A stretch of 64,000 nt of DNA from Kineosporiaceae bacterium (lineage in GTDB: Bacteria > Actinomycetota > Actinomycetes > Actinomycetales > JBBAYJ01). The translations under genes and the position numbers were made by a program. Positions 9,038 through 17,820 of this stretch are shown one piece after another (the first letter of the stretch is position 1; each line of letters begins with the position of its first letter). Location: positions 14,502 through 78,501 of the forward strand of contig JBHJOJ010000022.1 in NCBI GenBank assembly GCA_050329835.1. The letters run 5' to 3'. A model generated the notes under the pieces. It ran no database searches, had not been told where the DNA came from, and was given only the letters and a program-made list of their open reading frames with translations.

Positions 9038-10260
9038 GCGCGGCGCCGTCGGCCGCCGCCACGGCCCGCACCGCCGGCGACCGGGACCGCCAGGCGTTCC
9101 CCGACCAGCTCCGAGGCCTCGCGCTGCTGGGGATCGTCCTGGTCAACGCCCCGTTCCTCGGCGCCTCGCTCGGCGGCTTCGGAGCCCTGGGAGGGGTCTC
9201 GGCGCAGACCGCCGAGGTCGCCGTCACGGTGCTCGCCCAGGGCAAGTTCTACCTGATCTTCGCCTTCCTCCTCGGCTACTCGGCGACGTTCATGCTCCGG
9301 ACCGGGGACCTCGCGACGGTCCGCCGGTCGCGACGACGCTGGGCCCGGCGCCTGGTCGGCCTGGCGGTCGTCGGCGTGGGGCACGCCCTGCTCTTCTTCG
9401 TCGGCGACATCCTCGTCCTGTACGCCGTCCTCGGCGTCGTCCTGCTCGTCGTGCACCGCCGGCGGGACCGGGTCCTGCTCGGCCTCGCCGCGGTCGCCGC
9501 AGGGCTCACCGCGGCGTGGTTCGCGGCGCTGGTGGCGCTCGCCGCCGTCGCGCCAGCGGGCGGCGGGGAGGTCCTCTCCACCTCGGCCTACGACGCCGCG
9601 ATGCGCGGCGGCTTCGCGGAGACGGTGGCCGGTCGCCGGGCGGTGTACCCGGAGGTGCTGGTCGCGCTCGGCCTGGTCCTCAACGGCGGGCTCAGCCTGG
9701 TGGCCGTGCTCGCCGGGTTCGTCGCCGGGCGGCGCCGGCTGCTCGCCGACCCGGGCGCCCACCCCCGGCTGCGGCGATCGGCCCGCCGGTGGGGACTGCT
9801 GGTCGGCGTGCCCGGCGCGGTCGTGGCCGGCGTCCTGGTGGCAGGTCCGGCGGACCCGGCCGCGGCGGCGGCCCACCAGGAGAGCGCGCGCTACCTGGCG
9901 GGAGTCCTCCTGGGGTTCCTCACCGCGCCCGCGCTGTCGGCCGGCTACGTCGGGGCGCTGGCCGCGCTCGCTGCGCGGCGCCCGCGCGCGCTGGCGGTGT
10001 TCGCGCCGGCCGGGCGGATGTCGCTGTCGCTCTACATCGGGGAGTCCGTGCTGCTCGCCGCCGTGTTCTGCGGCTGGGGGCTCGGGCTGTTCGGCCGGCT
10101 CGACCCGTGGGCCGTGCTGGGGGTCGGCGTGGCCGCCTGGCTGGTGCTCGACATCGCGGCCCACGTCTGGTCACGGGTGTTCCGCCAGGGCCCGCTGGAG
10201 CTGCTGCTGCGCTGGTGGACGCACGGCGAGCGGCCGGCCGTGCTGGCAGGGCGAAGGTGA
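9034..10260 (+). CDS. DUF418-type (YeiB-like) polytopic membrane protein
   Basis: LRGLALLGIVLVNAPF motif and ~9 hydrophobic segments. The internal ATG at 9034 was chosen because of the ATGA overlap with the TetR stop. Confidence 0.75.
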   Translation: MSAAPSAAATARTAGDRDRQAFPDQLRGLALLGIVLVNAPFLGASLGGFGALGGVSAQTAEVAVTVLAQGKFYLIFAFLLGYSATFMLRTGDLATVRRSRRRWARRLVGLAVVGVGHALLFFVGDILVLYAVLGVVLLVVHRRRDRVLLGLAAVAAGLTAAWFAALVALAAVAPAGGGEVLSTSAYDAAMRGGFAETVAGRRAVYPEVLVALGLVLNGGLSLVAVLAGFVAGRRRLLADPGAHPRLRRSARRWGLLVGVPGAVVAGVLVAGPADPAAAAAHQESARYLAGVLLGFLTAPALSAGYVGALAALAARRPRALAVFAPAGRMSLSLYIGESVLLAAVFCGWGLGLFGRLDPWAVLGVGVAAWLVLDIAAHVWSRVFRQGPLELLLRWWTHGERPAVLAGRR

Positions 10261-10431
10261 GCGCCCGAGTGCCCTCTCCCGAGGTCCGCGGGTGGCCGGG
10301 CTCGCGCCGGTCATGCCGACCGCGCTGATCCGCCCGGTCGTGACGTCCGAGGAGGTCGCTGGGCTTCGACTCCCCCGGCCTCGTGCAGCGGCGGGTCGAC
10401 CAGAGGTGGTCGGCGACCGGCGCCGCCCTGA

Positions 10432-10854
10432 TCAGGTGTCGAGCGGGTTCGCGGCGTGCAGGCCGTTGCGTCGCGCCGCCGCGCAGACGTCGCGGTCCGC
10501 GCTCGCGAGGACGTCGGCCCGCAGGGTGAGGGCCGCGGCGAGGTGTACGGCGTCGTAGCCGCGCAGCGCCTCCCCTCCCGCGAGGTGCCGAGCCGTCGTG
10601 ACGATCCGTGGGGTGACCCCGACGAGCGTCAAGGCGTCGAGCAACTCGTCCAGGCGTTCCCCCGCGTCCCGCAGGTCGCCGGCGGAGAGGCGTCCGCCCC
10701 GGCGGGCGGCAGCCAGCGCCGCCGCAGCCTCCACCTCGACGAGGGCCGAGGACGAGGTGAGATCGCTGGCGTTCCACACCGACACCGCCCGTTCGGTGCC
10801 CGGCTCGGTGATGATGAGCTCGATCAGGGCCGACGTGTCGACGTAGGTCATCAT
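10432..10854 (-). CDS. vapC: PIN-domain toxin VapC
   Basis: 140 aa beginning MMTYVDTSALIELI, with conserved acidic positions. The start overlaps the antitoxin stop (ATGATGA). Confidence 0.8.
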   Translation of the reverse strand: MMTYVDTSALIELIITEPGTERAVSVWNASDLTSSSALVEVEAAAALAAARRGGRLSAGDLRDAGERLDELLDALTLVGVTPRIVTTARHLAGGEALRGYDAVHLAAALTLRADVLASADRDVCAAARRNGLHAANPLDT

Positions 10855-11105
10855 CGGCGCTGATCCGCCGCGAGGTCGCTGACGGTTGCACCGACGTCGA
10901 TCGGTCGTGGCGTCACCCGGGCCGACGACACGGGTGGTCGCACGAGGCCTCGTGCGAGGAGCTGGACGAGGTGGTCTTCGACGGGCGACAGGCCTGACAG
11001 CACCGCCACCGGGCGTCCGCGGTCGGTGACGACGACCCGCTCGCCCGACCGGACACCGGGGCGGCCGGGGCGGGACGCGCCGGCGACACCGCGAGGTGGT
11101 GACAT
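10851..11105 (-). CDS. vapB: Phd/YefM-type antitoxin (VapB)
   Basis: Core GERVVVTDRGRPVAVLSGL. The N-terminus is atypical, so the start is uncertain. It lies only 6 nt from the divergent putA start. Confidence 0.6.
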   Translation of the reverse strand: MSPPRGVAGASRPGRPGVRSGERVVVTDRGRPVAVLSGLSPVEDHLVQLLARGLVRPPVSSARVTPRPIDVGATVSDLAADQRR

Positions 11106-11111
11106 GGACCC

Positions 11112-14100
11112 GTGGCACTCCCGTCCGACGACGAGCTCGTCCGCCGCGCCCAGGCCCGCGCGCTCGCCCTGCTGACCCGGTCCCTCGCCGACACCGCGCC
11201 CGCCGAGCGCCGCGCCGCCGCCCGGCTGGGGCGCCTGGTGGCCGACGAGGCGGGCCGGGACCTGCTCCTCGACCTCACCGACCGGGTGGTCCGGATCCGG
11301 GACCCCCGCCGCTCCGCCGGCACCCTCGCCCACCTCGTCGCCCGCGGCCTGCCGCCGTCGCTCGGCCCGGTGGACCGGCTCGGGCTGCGCGTGCTGCGCC
11401 GACTGGCGCCGGTGGCGCCCCGGCTGGTCCGCCGTCTCGTCGACTGGCGGGTCGCCGGCGACGTCGCGGGGGTGATCCTGCCGTTCGACGACCCCGGCTT
11501 CCGGGCCTACGTGCGCCGGCGCACCGCCGAGGGATTCCGGGTCAACGTCAACGTCCTCGGCGAGGCGATCCTCGGCGACGGCGAGGCGGCCCGGCGGCTG
11601 GCCGCCGTGCTCGACCGGGTGCGCCGCCCCGACGTCACCCACGTCTCGGTGAAGATCTCGGCGATCTGCGCGAACCTGGACGTCCTCGCCGAGGAGGACT
11701 CCGTCGCCCGGATCTGCGACCGCCTCGCGGAGCTGTACCGGGCCGCCCGCGACGCCGGCGTCTTCGTCACCCTCGACATGGAGGAGTACCGCGACCTCGA
11801 ACTCTCGCTGCGCGCCTTCACCGCGACCCTGGACCGCCCGGAGTTCGCCGGCCTCGAGGCCGGGATCGTGCTCCAGGCGTACCTGCCGGACTCCCACGCC
11901 GCGCTGCACCGGCTCTGCGGGTGGGCGAACGCCCGGCGCGCCCGCGGCGGGGCCGGCATCCGGGTCCGGCTCGTCAAGGGCGCCAACCTCGCGATGGAGA
12001 CCGTCGAGGCCGAACTGCACGGCTGGCCGTGCGCGCCGTACCCCGCCAAGGCGGACGTGGACGCCTCGCTCAAGGCCTTGCTCGAGGCGGCCCTCGTCCA
12101 CGGCGAGCCCGCAGCGGTCCGGCTCGGCGTCGCCAGCCACAACCTCTTCGAGGTCGGCTGGGCGCTGACCGTGCGCGACGCGCTGGGAGCGGCCGACCGG
12201 GTCGAGATCGAGATGCTCGAGGGGATGGCCCCGCCGCAGGCCCGGGCGGTCCGGGACGACGCCGGCGGGCTGCTGCTGTACGCGCCGGTGGTCCGGGCGC
12301 GGGAGCGGGACGCCTCGATCGCCTACCTCAGCCGGCGCCTGGACGAGAACTCCGGGCCGGAGAACTTCCTCCGGTCGCTGTTCGCCCTCACGCCCGGGTC
12401 GCCGGCCTGGGAGGCCGAGCGCGCCCGCTTCCGCGCGTCGGCGGCCGCGCGGCGGACCGTGGCGACCGCGTCGCGGCGCAGCCAGGACCGGACGGCGCCG
12501 GTCCCGCCGTTCCCGGCCGACGGCTCCTTCGCCAACGTCGCGGACACCGACTTCACCGTGGCGGCGAACCGGCGGTGGATCGAGAGCTGCCTCGCCCTGC
12601 CGCCGCCCGCCGAGCCCACCCTCCTGCGGTCGGTCGCCGGGATCGACGCCCTGGTCACCCGCGCGCGACACGCCCAGGCGGCGTGGCGCGGGACGTCCTG
12701 GTCGCAGCGCCGCGAGGTGCTCGCCGCCGTCGCCCACCGGATGGAGTCCGAGCGCGGCCGGACCGTCGCGGCGATGGCCGCCACCACCGGCAAGACCGTC
12801 CGCGAGGGTGACCCCGAGGTGAGCGAGGCCGTCGACTTCGCCCGCTGGGCGGCGGCCCTCACCCGCGACCACGAGGCGGCCGAGCGGGCGGGTGCCCGGT
12901 GGGAGCCGCACCGCCTCGTGGTCGTGGCCGGGCCCTGGAACTTCCCGTACGCCATCCCGGCGTCGGGGGTGCTGCATGCCGTCGCCGCCGGGGCGGCGGT
13001 GCTCCTCAAGCCGGCGCCGGAGGCCCGCGCGGTGGCGGCGCTGCTGGTCGAGCAGGTCCGGGCGGCCGGTGAGGCCGCGGGCATGCCGGCCGGCCTCGTC
13101 CAGCTGGCGCCGACCCCGGACGACGAGGTGGGGCGGCACCTCGTCACCCACGAGGCCGTCGGCCTCGTCGTGCTCACCGGGAGCCTCGACACCGCGCGGC
13201 TGTTCCTGTCGTGGCGGCCCGACCTGCCGCTGGTCGCCGAGACCAGCGGCAAGAACGCCATGGTCATCACGGCCGCGGCGGACGTCGACCAGGCGATCAA
13301 GGACCTCGTCCGGTCCGCGTTCGGCCACGCCGGGCAGAAGTGCTCGGCGGCGAGCCTGGCGGTCGTCGAGGCGTCGCTGTACGACGATCCGGCGTTCCAC
13401 GAGCGGGTGGCGGACGCGACCAGGAGCCTGCCCGTGGGTGAGGCGAGCGACCTGCGCTCGGTGGTGGGACCCCTGGTCGGGCCGCCGCGGGGACCGCTGG
13501 AGCGGGCGCTCACCCGTCTGGAGCCGGGGGAGTCGTGGCTCGTGGAGCCCCGCCACCTCGGCGGCCACCGGTGGTCGCCGGGGGTGCGGCGGGACGTGGC
13601 GCCCGGCTCCTGGTTCCACCTCACCGAGTGCTTCGGCCCGGTGCTGGGGCTGCTGCGGGCCCGGGACCTCGACCACGCGATCGAGCTGCAGAACGCTCCC
13701 GCGTACGGGCTGACCGGAGGCATCCAGTCCCTGGACCCGGTCGAGGTGGACCGCTGGCTGGCCCGGGTCGAGGTCGGCAACGCCTACGTCAACCGGCACG
13801 TCACGGGGGCGATCGTGCGGCGGCAGCCGTTCGGCGGGTGGAAGGACTCCTCGGTCGGACCGGGGTGGAAGCCGGGCGGGCCGCACCACCTCGGGCTGTA
13901 CGGGACGTGGAGGGCGGGGTGGCTGCCGCCCGGGTCCGACGACTTCGCGGCCGCGTGGGCCGAGCTGTCGCGCCCGCACGACGCCACGGGCCTGGTGAGC
14001 GAGCGGAACGAGCTGCGGCACCGTCCGCTGGACCGCGTCGTCGCCCGGGTGGCCACGACGGACGACCCGCAGGTGGCGCTGCTGCGGGCGGCGTCGCGAG

Positions 14101-14387
14101 CGACCGGGGTCCCCCTCGAGCTGTCGGTCCTCGGCGAGGAGGCGGAGGACGCGCTCGCCGGGCGGCTCGCGTCCGTCACCGGGCGGCGCGGGGCGACGCG
14201 GCTGCGCTTGCTGGCGCCGGCGTCGGACGCGCTGCTCTCCGCCGCGCACGCGGCGGGCGTGGCGGTCGACCGGGCCCCGGTCGTCCGGCTGGGACGGGTC
14301 GAGCTGCCCCGGTGGGTCCGGGAGCAGGCCGTGTCGATCACCCGGCACCGCCACGGCCGGCTGCTGCGGGGGCGCGATCAGACGTGA
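11112..14387 (+). CDS. putA: Bifunctional proline dehydrogenase / L-glutamate gamma-semialdehyde dehydrogenase
   Basis: 1091 aa. PRODH barrel region (VNVNVLGEA, VSVKISA, GIVLQAYL, VRLVKGAN) followed by ALDH motifs (AETSGKNAMVI, GQKCSAAS). Confidence 0.9.
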   Translation: MALPSDDELVRRAQARALALLTRSLADTAPAERRAAARLGRLVADEAGRDLLLDLTDRVVRIRDPRRSAGTLAHLVARGLPPSLGPVDRLGLRVLRRLAPVAPRLVRRLVDWRVAGDVAGVILPFDDPGFRAYVRRRTAEGFRVNVNVLGEAILGDGEAARRLAAVLDRVRRPDVTHVSVKISAICANLDVLAEEDSVARICDRLAELYRAARDAGVFVTLDMEEYRDLELSLRAFTATLDRPEFAGLEAGIVLQAYLPDSHAALHRLCGWANARRARGGAGIRVRLVKGANLAMETVEAELHGWPCAPYPAKADVDASLKALLEAALVHGEPAAVRLGVASHNLFEVGWALTVRDALGAADRVEIEMLEGMAPPQARAVRDDAGGLLLYAPVVRARERDASIAYLSRRLDENSGPENFLRSLFALTPGSPAWEAERARFRASAAARRTVATASRRSQDRTAPVPPFPADGSFANVADTDFTVAANRRWIESCLALPPPAEPTLLRSVAGIDALVTRARHAQAAWRGTSWSQRREVLAAVAHRMESERGRTVAAMAATTGKTVREGDPEVSEAVDFARWAAALTRDHEAAERAGARWEPHRLVVVAGPWNFPYAIPASGVLHAVAAGAAVLLKPAPEARAVAALLVEQVRAAGEAAGMPAGLVQLAPTPDDEVGRHLVTHEAVGLVVLTGSLDTARLFLSWRPDLPLVAETSGKNAMVITAAADVDQAIKDLVRSAFGHAGQKCSAASLAVVEASLYDDPAFHERVADATRSLPVGEASDLRSVVGPLVGPPRGPLERALTRLEPGESWLVEPRHLGGHRWSPGVRRDVAPGSWFHLTECFGPVLGLLRARDLDHAIELQNAPAYGLTGGIQSLDPVEVDRWLARVEVGNAYVNRHVTGAIVRRQPFGGWKDSSVGPGWKPGGPHHLGLYGTWRAGWLPPGSDDFAAAWAELSRPHDATGLVSERNELRHRPLDRVVARVATTDDPQVALLRAASRATGVPLELSVLGEEAEDALAGRLASVTGRRGATRLRLLAPASDALLSAAHAAGVAVDRAPVVRLGRVELPRWVREQAVSITRHRHGRLLRGRDQT

Positions 14388-14803
14388 CGCGGGGCGACCT
14401 CCAGGCCATGGGTGGCAGCGCCCTCCCGGAGTCGACGGTCCCAGGCGACCACGATCGCGTCCGGCAACGCCCCGGCACTGGCCACGTGCACGGCGTCGGC
14501 ACCGCGGAGTGTCCGCTCGCTTGCGATCTCGCCCGCCCGGTCAGCCGTGGGTGGCGTCAACGGCACCTGGGCGATCGCCGGCCAGTAGTCCTCGGTCCAG
14601 GCCCGGACCTGCTCGCGGTGGTCCGAGTCGGTCAACCGGCCCGCCCTGTGTGCGGCCGCCAGGGCGGCGCGCACCTCGACGTGCCCGAGCAGGCTGCACG
14701 CGACGAGGTCGGCTGCGTCCCACAGGCCCGCGGCCGTCTCGCTCCCGGTCTCATCGACCAGCAGCTTCACGAGCGCGCTGGCATCGAAGTAGAGGATCGG
14801 CAT
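14378..14803 (-). CDS. vapC: PIN-domain toxin VapC (second copy, not a duplicate of the first)
   Basis: 141 aa beginning MPILYFDASALVKLLVDE. Its stop overlaps the putA stop region by 10 nt in convergent orientation. Confidence 0.8.
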   Translation of the reverse strand: MPILYFDASALVKLLVDETGSETAAGLWDAADLVACSLLGHVEVRAALAAAHRAGRLTDSDHREQVRAWTEDYWPAIAQVPLTPPTADRAGEIASERTLRGADAVHVASAGALPDAIVVAWDRRLREGAATHGLEVAPRHV

Positions 14804-14809
14804 CTCGGG

Positions 14810-15115
14810 TCAGTCCCGCTGAACGGACACCAGGTCCGCCACGGACCCACCGGTGGCACGGGCACGTCGCGCGCCCGTGGCCCGCGGGCGCGATGCCGAG
14901 GAGGGGCGCACCAGTATGCCGTCGTGATACATCCGCTCGATGGCGGGCGCGGTCTCGATGCCGAGGAGCCGTGCCACCGGAACGCCACGGTCCGTGACCA
15001 CGATCTCCTCGCCGTCACGAGCCCGATGCACGTAGTCGGCCAGCGATGCCCTGAGGGCGCTGATGGCGATGTCCACGGAGGCAACCGTACATGACGTGAC
15101 CTGTCCGATGTACAC
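14810..15115 (-). CDS. vapB: Phd/YefM-type antitoxin (VapB)
   Basis: ISALRASLADYVHRARDGEEIVVTDRGVPVARLLGI. Lies 6 nt upstream of vapC. Start is GTG at 15115 or 15076. Confidence 0.7.
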   Translation of the reverse strand: MYIGQVTSCTVASVDIAISALRASLADYVHRARDGEEIVVTDRGVPVARLLGIETAPAIERMYHDGILVRPSSASRPRATGARRARATGGSVADLVSVQRD

Positions 15116-15154
15116 CTGGTTGCCGGCTCGCTCACCGGCCTGACCGGGACCACA

Positions 15155-15267
15155 GGACGCGCTCGCCGGGCGGCTCGCGTCCGTCACCGAGCTGCCCCGG
15201 TGGGTCCGGGAGCAGGCGGTGTCGATCACCCGGCACCACCACGGCCGGCTGCTGCGGGGGGCGTGAG
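15155..15267 (+). pseudogene. Orphaned duplicate of the putA 3' end
   Basis: 15155-15190 is identical to 14146-14181. 15191-15262 matches 14302-14372 with 2 mismatches plus one extra G in the terminal G-run. It reads DALAGRLASVTELPRWVREQAVSITRHHHGRLLRGA*. Confidence 0.75.
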
Positions 15268-15876
15268 GGGATCGTCGGTCGGTCGGCGTGCGGCGAGGCG
15301 CTCGACGACGCCCGCGAGGAACCGCTCGTGCGCCTCGATCTCGAAACCGAGGTCGAGGACGTCGGGCAGCGGCCGGCGGCGCCAGTGCTCCCCGGGCAGC
15401 GGGAGGTGCGTCGCGTCCAGCACGGCCTGCAGGCCGCGGACCCACCGTCGCGTCGCCACGACGTGGTCGGCGAGCAGGAGCGTGCCGCCCGGCCGCAGGA
15501 CGCGGCCCATCTCCGTCAGAGCCTGCCGCTGGTCCGGCACGACGCAGAGTCCGAAGACGCAGAGGACCGTGTCGACGCTCGCGTCGGGCCAGGGGAGCCG
15601 TCGCGCGTCGCCCCGGCGCAGGTCCACCTCGCGGCCGAGCGCGCCGGCCCGGCGGCCGGTGACGGCCAGCATCCGGGTGCTCAGGTCGAGGGCCGCGAGG
15701 CGGACCTCCGGCCGGTAGTGGGGGAGGGTGAGCCCGGACCCGATGGCGACCTCGAGCGTGCGTCCGATCGCGCGCCCTGCGAGCCAGCGCCGCGTGCCCC
15801 GCAGGACGCGCGGGTCGAGCGCCCGTTGCAGCAGGTCGTACGGGCCGGCGACGACGTCCCACGCGCGACCGGTCAC
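15226..15876 (-). CDS. Class I SAM-dependent methyltransferase
   Basis: Motif I TLEVAIGSGLT and post-I/II elements (DASVDTVLCVFGL, LRPGGTLLLADH). The GTG start overlaps the upstream small-ORF stop (GTGA). Confidence 0.8.
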   Translation of the reverse strand: MTGRAWDVVAGPYDLLQRALDPRVLRGTRRWLAGRAIGRTLEVAIGSGLTLPHYRPEVRLAALDLSTRMLAVTGRRAGALGREVDLRRGDARRLPWPDASVDTVLCVFGLCVVPDQRQALTEMGRVLRPGGTLLLADHVVATRRWVRGLQAVLDATHLPLPGEHWRRRPLPDVLDLGFEIEAHERFLAGVVERLAARRPTDDPLTPPAAAGRGGAG

Positions 15877-16073
15877 ATCACGGCAGTCTGGCGGGCGCCC
15901 GTCTCCAGCCCCGGCAGCCGGCGCCTGCGGTGCAGGCCCCCCGCGTACCCGGTGCGGACGCCGGCGAGGCGCTCGTCGACCTGGTCGGCGCCGCGGCTCA
16001 GGACGAACGCGGTGCGGGACCGCGTCGCTGTCGGCCGCCCGACTCTCGACCTCTGGACGTCGTATCGCTCCAC
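15873..16073 (-). CDS. Small ORF (66 aa) coupled to the methyltransferase; may be the C-terminal part of a disrupted gene
   Basis: High GC3 and a GTGA stop/start overlap with the methyltransferase. An in-frame stop lies just upstream, next to a 17-bp tandem duplication. Confidence 0.35.
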   Translation of the reverse strand: MERYDVQRSRVGRPTATRSRTAFVLSRGADQVDERLAGVRTGYAGGLHRRRRLPGLETGARQTAVM

Positions 16074-16098
16074 CCAGGTGACCTGAACACCGCGTCAG

Positions 16099-16132
16099 CC
16101 GGACGGTCCTGGAAGCCGGACGGTCCTGGAAG
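16099..16132. repeat. Perfect 17-bp tandem duplication (ccggacggtcctggaag x2)
   Basis: Read directly: 16099-16115 equals 16116-16132. Confidence 0.95.
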
Positions 16133-16268
16133 AACGACGCCTCCACCGACGAGCGTGTCGTACTCCACGGGATCCCCGACTCCGATCGGCCCACCCTGCG
16201 TCATCCGTCGTGCCGCACCCCGGTCATGCCGGCTCCGCCGTCGCCACGGCTGGGCGGCTGCTGGGTGG

Positions 16269-16715
16269 TCAGTCCCGGTCGCGGCGGGCGAGGAGCCAGC
16301 GCGCCACCGCGGTGACGTACGCCCGGTATCCCTCGAGGGCTCGTGGCACTGCTGCGGCGAGGATCTCGAAGTCGATGGCCAGGTACTCGTGGACGACCAC
16401 GTTGCGCAGGCCCGCCGACGGGGCCAGCGCTCGTCCCAGCTCGTGGTCGACGAGGCCGGACTCGGCGGCGAGGGCGAACGACTGCCGGTAGTCCCGGGGA
16501 GATCGCCCGAGCGTCGTGGCGGCGACGTGACTGTTGACCGCTGCGGCCAGCTCGACGACATGGGTGAGCGCGCGCTCGACGACGAGGCGCGTCGCCAGGT
16601 CCGACTCCAGGCGGGCGGCGTCGATCGCGCCCAGGCCTTCGAGGAGGTCCAGGCGCTCCCGGATGAGAGCGATCTTCGCTTCCACCGTCTCGTCGTCCAG
16701 GCGCTTCGGACTCAC
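16269..16715 (-). CDS. hepT: HepT-like HEPN (DUF86) toxin, type VII TA
   Basis: R-x4-H motif in GLRNVVVHEY. The GTG start overlaps the MntA stop (GTGA). Confidence 0.8.
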   Translation of the reverse strand: MSPKRLDDETVEAKIALIRERLDLLEGLGAIDAARLESDLATRLVVERALTHVVELAAAVNSHVAATTLGRSPRDYRQSFALAAESGLVDHELGRALAPSAGLRNVVVHEYLAIDFEILAAAVPRALEGYRAYVTAVARWLLARRDRD

Positions 16716-17245
16716 CGGCCCGCCGCCATGAGCTCCAGGTCGAGGTCCCGCATCCACCTGGTGTCCATCCGTTCCAGCGTCGCGGCCATGGCGGCCCGGG
16801 TCAGAGCACCCGGCTCGCTCTCGTAGAGACCGACCGACCCGACGAGGGCACGCTCGCGGATGACCGGACCTCCCCGGTTGAGGAACGCCGGGTCCACCGC
16901 CTCGGTCCCGGCGAGTTCGACGAGGTCGCCGAGGAGGCCGACGGGATCCGGTTGCGTCGTCGCGTCGAGGACGATGCCGACGTCCAGGTCATGGGCGTCG
17001 GTCTCGCCCCGGGCGGCACTGCCGAACACCGTGAGGACCCGGATCCCATGGCGACGGCAGAACTCACCCAGTTCCCCCGACTCCGCGGCGGCGCGGAGTC
17101 GTCGCAGCCCCGCCGGGACCCCGGCCATCGCGTCGGTCGCGTCGGTCGCGTCGGTCGCGGTCACGGTCCCCACGATGCCATCCATCAGCGGGCTGCGGCC
17201 GCGTCGCGGTCGGCCCGTGCCGGCCGTGTCCGACCCCCGCGCCAT
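16712..17245 (-). CDS. mntA: MntA-like nucleotidyltransferase antitoxin
   Basis: Minimal NTase motif FGSAARGETDAHDLDVGIV. The start is ambiguous (17245, 17185 or 17128). Confidence 0.75.
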   Translation of the reverse strand: MARGSDTAGTGRPRRGRSPLMDGIVGTVTATDATDATDAMAGVPAGLRRLRAAAESGELGEFCRRHGIRVLTVFGSAARGETDAHDLDVGIVLDATTQPDPVGLLGDLVELAGTEAVDPAFLNRGGPVIRERALVGSVGLYESEPGALTRAAMAATLERMDTRWMRDLDLELMAAGR

Positions 17246-17256
17246 CCTCCCGGGCC

Positions 17257-17793
17257 ATGACCGCCGGGACCCAGAGGACGACCGTTCGACGTGCGACCGA
17301 CGCCATTGCCGCGACCACCCTGCAGTGGCTGCGGGGCGAGCGGAGCGGGACGCCGTGGAACCTCGGCCCGCCCGACCCCGAGACGTGGCCCCTGGTGGAG
17401 GACCTGATCCGGATCAACGAGGCGGGACTGGCGACCCTGTCGTCCCAGCCGGGGATGCGGGGCGAGTTCCACGGCCTGCACGTCGAGCAGCGGGCCTACG
17501 TGGACGGCGTCGCCGACTTCCCCCTCGCCCGCATGATCGTGGACGTCGCGGCGGGCACGGACCTCATGGCCATGGCGCTGCCGGTGATGCAGGACGCCGC
17601 GATCTCGGTGGCGGTCTCCCGCGGGGCGGCGGGCAACCACACCTGGGGGGACGTCGAGCGGGCGCACGACGTGGTCGAGGTGGTGTCGCCGGAGGTGGTC
17701 GACTGGCGGGATGCCTGGAAGGTGCTCGTCGTCGACCCCGAATGGGGCCGGCCCCGCGCGCTGTGGGACCTGCTCCGCTCGATCACCGGATGA
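17257..17793 (+). CDS. Hypothetical protein (resembles actinobacterial DUF6919-type proteins; family assignment is tentative)
   Basis: 178 aa with high GC3. Segment LQWLRGE...PPDPETWPLVEDLIRINEAGLATLSSQPG. Confidence 0.55.
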   Translation: MTAGTQRTTVRRATDAIAATTLQWLRGERSGTPWNLGPPDPETWPLVEDLIRINEAGLATLSSQPGMRGEFHGLHVEQRAYVDGVADFPLARMIVDVAAGTDLMAMALPVMQDAAISVAVSRGAAGNHTWGDVERAHDVVEVVSPEVVDWRDAWKVLVVDPEWGRPRALWDLLRSITG

Positions 17794-17820
17794 GCGGTCC
17801 CGCGGCGGCGCCCCACCGGT

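Noticed and set aside
10851-14354. Listed 1167-aa ORF antisense to putA. Similar giant ORFs: 1489..3906, 2240..4747, 18438..20822, 22325..25183, 33452..36763, 38800..41625, 48306..50966, 53307..56636 and 61876..63780.
   Set aside because: These are Arg/Pro/Gly-rich, low-complexity translations lying opposite or out of frame to genes with clear catalytic motifs. They are the expected shadow ORFs of very GC-rich DNA, where stop codons are rare. Only the C-terminal 84 codons of 10851..14354 (the VapB antitoxin) were retained.
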